DNA of 63,268 nt from an uncultured Gammaproteobacteria bacterium (GTDB lineage Bacteria > Patescibacteriota > Patescibacteriia > Patescibacteriales > UBA12465): positions 1 through 63,268 of the forward strand of contig CAYOKE010000001.1 of assembly GCA_964404515.1 (NCBI GenBank), in the 5' to 3' direction. Shown one piece after another: positions 58,854 through 63,268 of the stretch. The translations under genes and the position numbers were made by a program. The notes under the pieces were generated by a model that saw only the letters and a program-made list of their open reading frames with translations, was not told the DNA's origin and ran no database searches. Positions within the stretch are counted from its first letter, which is position 1; the number at the start of each line of letters is the position of its first letter.

Positions 58854-61376
58854 CTAAACCCAAGTTACGCCTGCCACCCGATCATCCTCTTCTTTAAAAC
58901 GCATAATCCTGACGCCTTGGGTGTCGCGTCCTAAGACGCTGACTGATTTGAATGGTGTCCGGATAACCTGGCCTTTCCCAGAGATGACAATCAGGTCGCG
59001 ATCTTGCATCATATCGGCGTTGACCAAGAAAGCATTGGTGATATCGCCAGTCTTGTCGGTCACTTTGGCCGTCTTGATGCCGCTTCCGCCTCGGCCTTGG
59101 ATTTTATAAGAGCTAAATTCCGTCCGTTTACCAAAACCGTTAGCCATGATGGTCAAGATCTGATAGCTCCGTTTCTTTTCCTTGTCGGTCTTGGCTACGC
59201 CCATACCAATCACCTCATCATTCTTATGCAGTTTGATGCCGTGGACGCCAGCAGCACCGCGGCCCATATCGCGGACATCGGTTTCGGCAAAGCGAATCGC
59301 CTGGCCTTGGGCTGTAATTAATTGGATGTGATCACTGCCTGAGGTCGGCTTGACCCAGATCAGCTTATCATCATCCTTAATCTTGATGGCGATAAGGCCG
59401 CTGCGGCGGACATTCTTGAAAGCTTCGAGCTCGACCTTCTTGACCAAGCCTCGGGCGGTCGCAAAGAATAGATATTTACTGAAAACCGCTTTATCCAGAG
59501 GTAAAACCGAAGAGACCTGCTCGCCGCCGATAAGTTGCAAAAAGTTGACGATTGGCGTGCCCTTGGCCGTGCGAGAAGCTTGTGGTATCTCGTAGACTTT
59601 GAGCTGAAAGACGCGGCCTTTAGTCGTGAAGAACAGGACATCATTATGGGTCAGGGAGGTAAACATGAATTCGACCGTATCCTCTTCCTTGGTCGTCAGG
59701 CCGACGACGCCCTTGCCACCGCGGGCCTGGACCTTGAAGGTGTCCGGCTCGAGACGTTTAATATAGCCGTCGCGAGTCATCATGACGACCGTCTCCTCGT
59801 TCGGAACCAAGTCCTCCATGCTAAATTCCTTAATGCCGTGAGCGACGACCGCGGTCTTGCGTTCATCGCCGTATTTATCAGCGAGCGCCTTAATTTCATC
59901 CTTGACAATCCTCCTGATTTTGGCGGCTGATTTTAATATCGCCTCCAGATCCTTAATGAGCTGCAACTTCTCCTTAAGTTCGGTCTCAATCTTTAGCTGC
60001 TCCAAGTTAGCTAAGTTCTGCAGACGCATTTCTAAGATAGCGATTGCCTGCCGTTCAGAAAGTTTGAATTTCTTCATCAGGTTCAATTTGGCAATTTCTT
60101 TGTCCTTCGAAGCCTTGATCGTCTTAATAACCTCATCAATATGCTTCAAGGCAATCATCAGTCCTTCCAAGATATGTGCCCTCTCCTTCGCCTTGTTTAA
60201 GTCGAACTGGGTACGACGGCGGATAACTTCCTCCCGGTGCTTGATATATTCTTCCAAAATCATCTTGAGCGTCAGGACTTTCGGCTGGAGGCCGTCGACG
60301 AGCGCTAGCATGTTGAGGTGAAAAGTAGTCTGGAGGGGGGTATGTTTATATAAAGCGTTCAAGATTTTCTTCGGGTAGGAATCCTTTTTGAGCTCCATGA
60401 CGATGCGGACGCCATCTTTATCAGATTCATCGCGCAAAGCCTTGATGCCTTCTAACTTTTTATCCTTTACCAGTTCTGCAATCTTCCCGACCAAATCCGC
60501 CTTATTAACCTGATATGGAATCTCGGAAACAACAATCTTGAAGCCGCCGCTTTTCTCTTCTTCGATTTCCGCTTTGCCGCGCAAAACGATACCGCCTTTA
60601 CCGGTGGCATAAGCCTCCAGAATCTCCTTCTTGTCATAAATGATCCCTCCAGTCGGGAAATCCGGACCTTTGACAAATTGCATCAGGTCTTCGATACTAG
60701 CCTCCGGATTATCAATCAAGTGGTCGATCGCTTCGGCTAGCTCTTTCAGGTTATGGGGTGGAATATTGGTTGCCATGCCGACCGCGATGCCCATCGTGCC
60801 GTTTAGAAGCAGATTCGGCAGCTTGGAAGGCAAAACTAACGGCTCTTTCTGGCTGCCATCGAAATTCGGGATAAAATCAACCGTATCCCTATCAATATCG
60901 AGTAGCATCTCTTCGGCGATAGCGGAGAGCTTCGCCTCGGTATAACGCATGGCGGCCGCATTATCGCCATCCATGGAACCGAAGTTTCCCTGGCCGCGGA
61001 CGAGCGGATAGCGCATAGAAAAGTCCTGCGCCATGCGGACCATGGATTCATAGACGGCACTGTCGCCGTGAGGGTGATATTTGCCCAAGACTTCACCGAC
61101 GACCGTCGCTGATTTGCGGAATTTGGCATTAGCTTTCAAGCCGATATTCCACATGGCGTAGAGGATGCGGCGATGAACCGGCTTCAAGCCGTCACGGACA
61201 TCCGGTAAAGCGCGGGAAACGATTACGCTCATGGCATAGTCAAGGTAAGAACGGCTCATTTCATCGACAATCGCCTGTTCTTCGACCAGGCCGTATTCAG
61301 TCCTCTTGCGTTGGCCATTAACCATCTCTTCCGTTTCTGGTTTAACCTTTTTTGGTTCTTTTTCCGTCTTAGGCAT
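58854..61376 (-). CDS. gyrA: DNA gyrase subunit A
   Basis: 840 aa. Active-site Tyr context [14 protein letters not shown]-like [13 protein letters not shown]-terminal beta-pinwheel repeats. No gyrB adjacent. Confidence 0.95.
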   Translation of the reverse strand: MPKTEKEPKKVKPETEEMVNGQRKRTEYGLVEEQAIVDEMSRSYLDYAMSVIVSRALPDVRDGLKPVHRRILYAMWNIGLKANAKFRKSATVVGEVLGKYHPHGDSAVYESMVRMAQDFSMRYPLVRGQGNFGSMDGDNAAAMRYTEAKLSAIAEEMLLDIDRDTVDFIPNFDGSQKEPLVLPSKLPNLLLNGTMGIAVGMATNIPPHNLKELAEAIDHLIDNPEASIEDLMQFVKGPDFPTGGIIYDKKEILEAYATGKGGIVLRGKAEIEEEKSGGFKIVVSEIPYQVNKADLVGKIAELVKDKKLEGIKALRDESDKDGVRIVMELKKDSYPKKILNALYKHTPLQTTFHLNMLALVDGLQPKVLTLKMILEEYIKHREEVIRRRTQFDLNKAKERAHILEGLMIALKHIDEVIKTIKASKDKEIAKLNLMKKFKLSERQAIAILEMRLQNLANLEQLKIETELKEKLQLIKDLEAILKSAAKIRRIVKDEIKALADKYGDERKTAVVAHGIKEFSMEDLVPNEETVVMMTRDGYIKRLEPDTFKVQARGGKGVVGLTTKEEDTVEFMFTSLTHNDVLFFTTKGRVFQLKVYEIPQASRTAKGTPIVNFLQLIGGEQVSSVLPLDKAVFSKYLFFATARGLVKKVELEAFKNVRRSGLIAIKIKDDDKLIWVKPTSGSDHIQLITAQGQAIRFAETDVRDMGRGAAGVHGIKLHKNDEVIGMGVAKTDKEKKRSYQILTIMANGFGKRTEFSSYKIQGRGGSGIKTAKVTDKTGDITNAFLVNADMMQDRDLIVISGKGQVIRTPFKSVSVLGRDTQGVRIMRFKEEDDRVAGVTWV

Positions 61377-61386
61377 AAAATAAAAG

Positions 61387-61851
61387 TCAATAAGCTATTT
61401 GTGTTATCCCTTCACAGCCAACCGGTATTTGGCAAGGTTTAGACTCACCGATGGTCGGCATGCAATTAATATAGGCCGGGCAATTATTCTTCAGGAAGTC
61501 AGTACTAGTGGAGCTTGTGGCTATAAGCGGCGAAGACGTTGTCATGGCGTTAGTGCTAGATGAGGCTGCTAGTTTGTTAGTCGCCTCGACCAAATCATTG
61601 ATGAAAGCACTACTAGTAGCATTCTCGGTTTTATTTTGCCGCTTCTCTAGTTGTTGGGCAAAATTATCGGATAACCCATGGAATTCATCTTTAATCTGAG
61701 CCCATTCTCTATCCTCATCTCTATTCCTGCTGCCTGGTTCCGGGGCAAAGAAATTTCCGAGATTCAAGGTCCACAGGACCAAAATGACAGCCATCACTGA
61801 AATGACGCCAATCTTGACTAGAAAAATTTTCTTCTTCCGTTCTTCTTCCAT
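61387..61851 (-). CDS. N-terminally anchored hypothetical protein
   Basis: 154 aa. One TM ([14 protein letters not shown]), an S/T-rich middle region, and a 4-Cys C-terminus ([23 protein letters not shown]). Confidence 0.45.
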   Translation of the reverse strand: MEEERKKKIFLVKIGVISVMAVILVLWTLNLGNFFAPEPGSRNRDEDREWAQIKDEFHGLSDNFAQQLEKRQNKTENATSSAFINDLVEATNKLAASSSTNAMTTSSPLIATSSTSTDFLKNNCPAYINCMPTIGESKPCQIPVGCEGITQIAY

Positions 61852-61861
61852 AGCTAAATTA

Positions 61862-62464
61862 TTACTCCTTTATATTATCCAAATTAACATCATACAATAT
61901 CTGCTCGGCAATCAAGCGGTATTGCAAAACTTCGTTATCGGCGAACCAAATCGGTATTTCCCGGTCCGCATCCATTACCGGATCGGAACAATGGACTAGA
62001 TTCCGAACCGCCCGACTATCCAAGCTGGATAGTTCATAGGAATCTAAAGTGTAGTCGCCGCGAATAGTTCCACTATCCGAGGAAAGTGGTTCGGTTGAAC
62101 CAACAATCTTCTTGACGATACCGACCGCTTGGTTCCCTTCCCAGACCATAGGTACCACCGGCCCACAACTCATGAATTTCACGAGCGCCCGGATTATATC
62201 CTTACCATATTCAATGGCCTCCTTATTCACCGGTTTTCCTGCGGCCGTTAATTCAGTGATCGTCCTTTCGCCTTTCTTTGTAAACCAAACTTCATCTTTT
62301 TTATAATGTTCCCAAAGCTGTTCTTCGGTAGCAAAAACTAATTTAAGAGCCACCAATTTCAAGCCGGTGTTTTCAATCCGTTTAATAATTTCTCCAACTA
62401 AACCGCGCTGAACGGCATCGGGCTTAAGAATTACCAGAGTTCTTTCTTTCTTGGGATTTGTCAT
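61862..62464 (-). CDS. ndk: Nucleoside diphosphate kinase with internal insertions
   Basis: 200 aa against about 140 typical. RTLVILKPDAVQRGLVGEII, SGPVV-like CGPVVPMVWEG, TIRGDY, and catalytic His context NLVHCSD. Confidence 0.8.
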   Translation of the reverse strand: MTNPKKERTLVILKPDAVQRGLVGEIIKRIENTGLKLVALKLVFATEEQLWEHYKKDEVWFTKKGERTITELTAAGKPVNKEAIEYGKDIIRALVKFMSCGPVVPMVWEGNQAVGIVKKIVGSTEPLSSDSGTIRGDYTLDSYELSSLDSRAVRNLVHCSDPVMDADREIPIWFADNEVLQYRLIAEQILYDVNLDNIKE

Positions 62465-62468
62465 AGGT

Positions 62469-63113
62469 TTAAATGCTTAATATTACAAGTTCCATATCTT
62501 CTTGGGGAAGATCTTTCTTGGAAATTTTTAGTTTTTCTTCATAACTCGGCGTCAAGCCGATTTCCTTGATGAATTTATCGACTGAATCAAGCGGCCACTT
62601 CAGTTCTTTATGCCCGTAGTGCATCGGGATAACGATACGCGGCTCAATCTGGGATATCACCTCGACCGCCTTCTTGGCATCGATTGTATGCTTGCCACCG
62701 ACCGGAATCAAGAGGACGTCGGTGCCAACCAGCTTTTCCAATTGAGTATTATCAAGGGTGTCCCCCAAATCACCGAGATGGGCAACGGAAATATCATCAA
62801 TCTCGATGCGATAGATGATATTACTGCCTCGTTCCTCACCTTTCTTACCGTCATGATAGGAATCGATGCCTTCAACCAGGACGCCTTTGAAATCATATTC
62901 TCCGGCGCAATCGATGACCATTGGATTGCCGCGCAAGGCGCCAGAATTATTATGGTCATGATGATCATGGGAAACAGTAACAATGTCGGCTTCGAAATTA
63001 GGCACCTTATAGCCGGTCTCTTTATCGAATGGGTCGGTTACTATCGTTACGCCCTCCGGCCCGACTTTGTCTTGGATTTTGAAGCAAGAATGCCCCTGCC
63101 AAGTGATAATCAT
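62469..63113 (-). CDS. Metallo-beta-lactamase-fold metal-dependent hydrolase (UPF0173-like)
   Basis: 214 aa. MIITWQGHSCFKI and the metal motif SHDHHDHNN. Confidence 0.8.
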   Translation of the reverse strand: MIITWQGHSCFKIQDKVGPEGVTIVTDPFDKETGYKVPNFEADIVTVSHDHHDHNNSGALRGNPMVIDCAGEYDFKGVLVEGIDSYHDGKKGEERGSNIIYRIEIDDISVAHLGDLGDTLDNTQLEKLVGTDVLLIPVGGKHTIDAKKAVEVISQIEPRIVIPMHYGHKELKWPLDSVDKFIKEIGLTPSYEEKLKISKKDLPQEDMELVILSI

Positions 63114-63216
63114 ATTAACTTATGAACTTCTTAAACATTAAAAATAGGTCCTCTAACCTTACTTTAAGTATAGCAGAGGAGGCGGCGGCGGTCAACCGAA
63201 AATACGTTAAAAAATA

Positions 63217-63268
63217 GGTTTAATACCCAAAAATAGTTGGTGAATTAATTATTATATTTGAACCAATT
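63217..63268. repeat. Right arm of the 52-bp terminal inverted repeat
   Basis: Exact reverse complement of nt 4-55, checked base by base. Confidence 0.95.

Noticed and set aside
1-63268. The whole window as a plasmid, phage or transposon because of the terminal inverted repeats
   Set aside because: The content is core chromosomal (ftsZ, gyrA, secDF, hisS, tRNAs). There are no replication-initiation, partition, integrase, transposase or capsid genes.

Overview
This 63.3-kb window is gene-dense, with about 51 CDS, 1 pseudogene and 3 tRNAs. 47 of the 51 CDS lie on the minus strand. I saw no rRNA, CRISPR array, transposase, integrase or phage structural genes. The content is mostly housekeeping and envelope functions: ftsEX, ftsA-ftsZ, secDF, clpP, gyrA, ruvB, hisS, queA, lepB, rpsU, an nrdR-nrdD-nrdG anaerobic RNR operon, a short Rel/SpoT homolog and an ndk carrying insertions. 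There are also many single-TM, TPR and O-antigen-ligase-like envelope proteins and almost no biosynthesis. This fits a chromosomal fragment of a small-genome, probably anaerobic, CPR/Patescibacteria-like bacterium, which is inference from gene content only. The stand-out region is 29.1-43.8 kb, a co-directional cell-surface locus. It holds two membrane-anchored proteins with thrombospondin-type-3 Ca-binding repeats, then three very large cysteine-rich secreted proteins of 1026, 2186 and 889 aa. Two of these start with a paralogous VirB2/TrbC-like signal-peptide plus two-helix pilin hairpin. About 27 kb away sits a VirD4/TraD-like ATPase with a C-terminal CxxC-x17-CxxC zinc ribbon, translationally coupled to a DnaQ-like exonuclease. 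A prepilin peptidase is embedded in a glycosyltransferase / O-antigen-ligase-like cluster. Other observations: (1) nrdD is split so that the glycyl-radical motif sits on a separate 46-50-aa ORF missing from the ORF track. (2) A perfect 52-bp inverted repeat occupies the two window termini. (3) A decayed Nudix gene lies next to an AT-rich two-gene islet beside tRNA-Gln. (4) Two of the three tRNAs have C at the normally invariant U55. (5) An RlpA-like/S11 carboxypeptidase fusion is coupled to ftsEX. (6) There are candidate NrdR boxes and a clpP operator palindrome. All functional calls come from motif recognition by eye; no searches were run.
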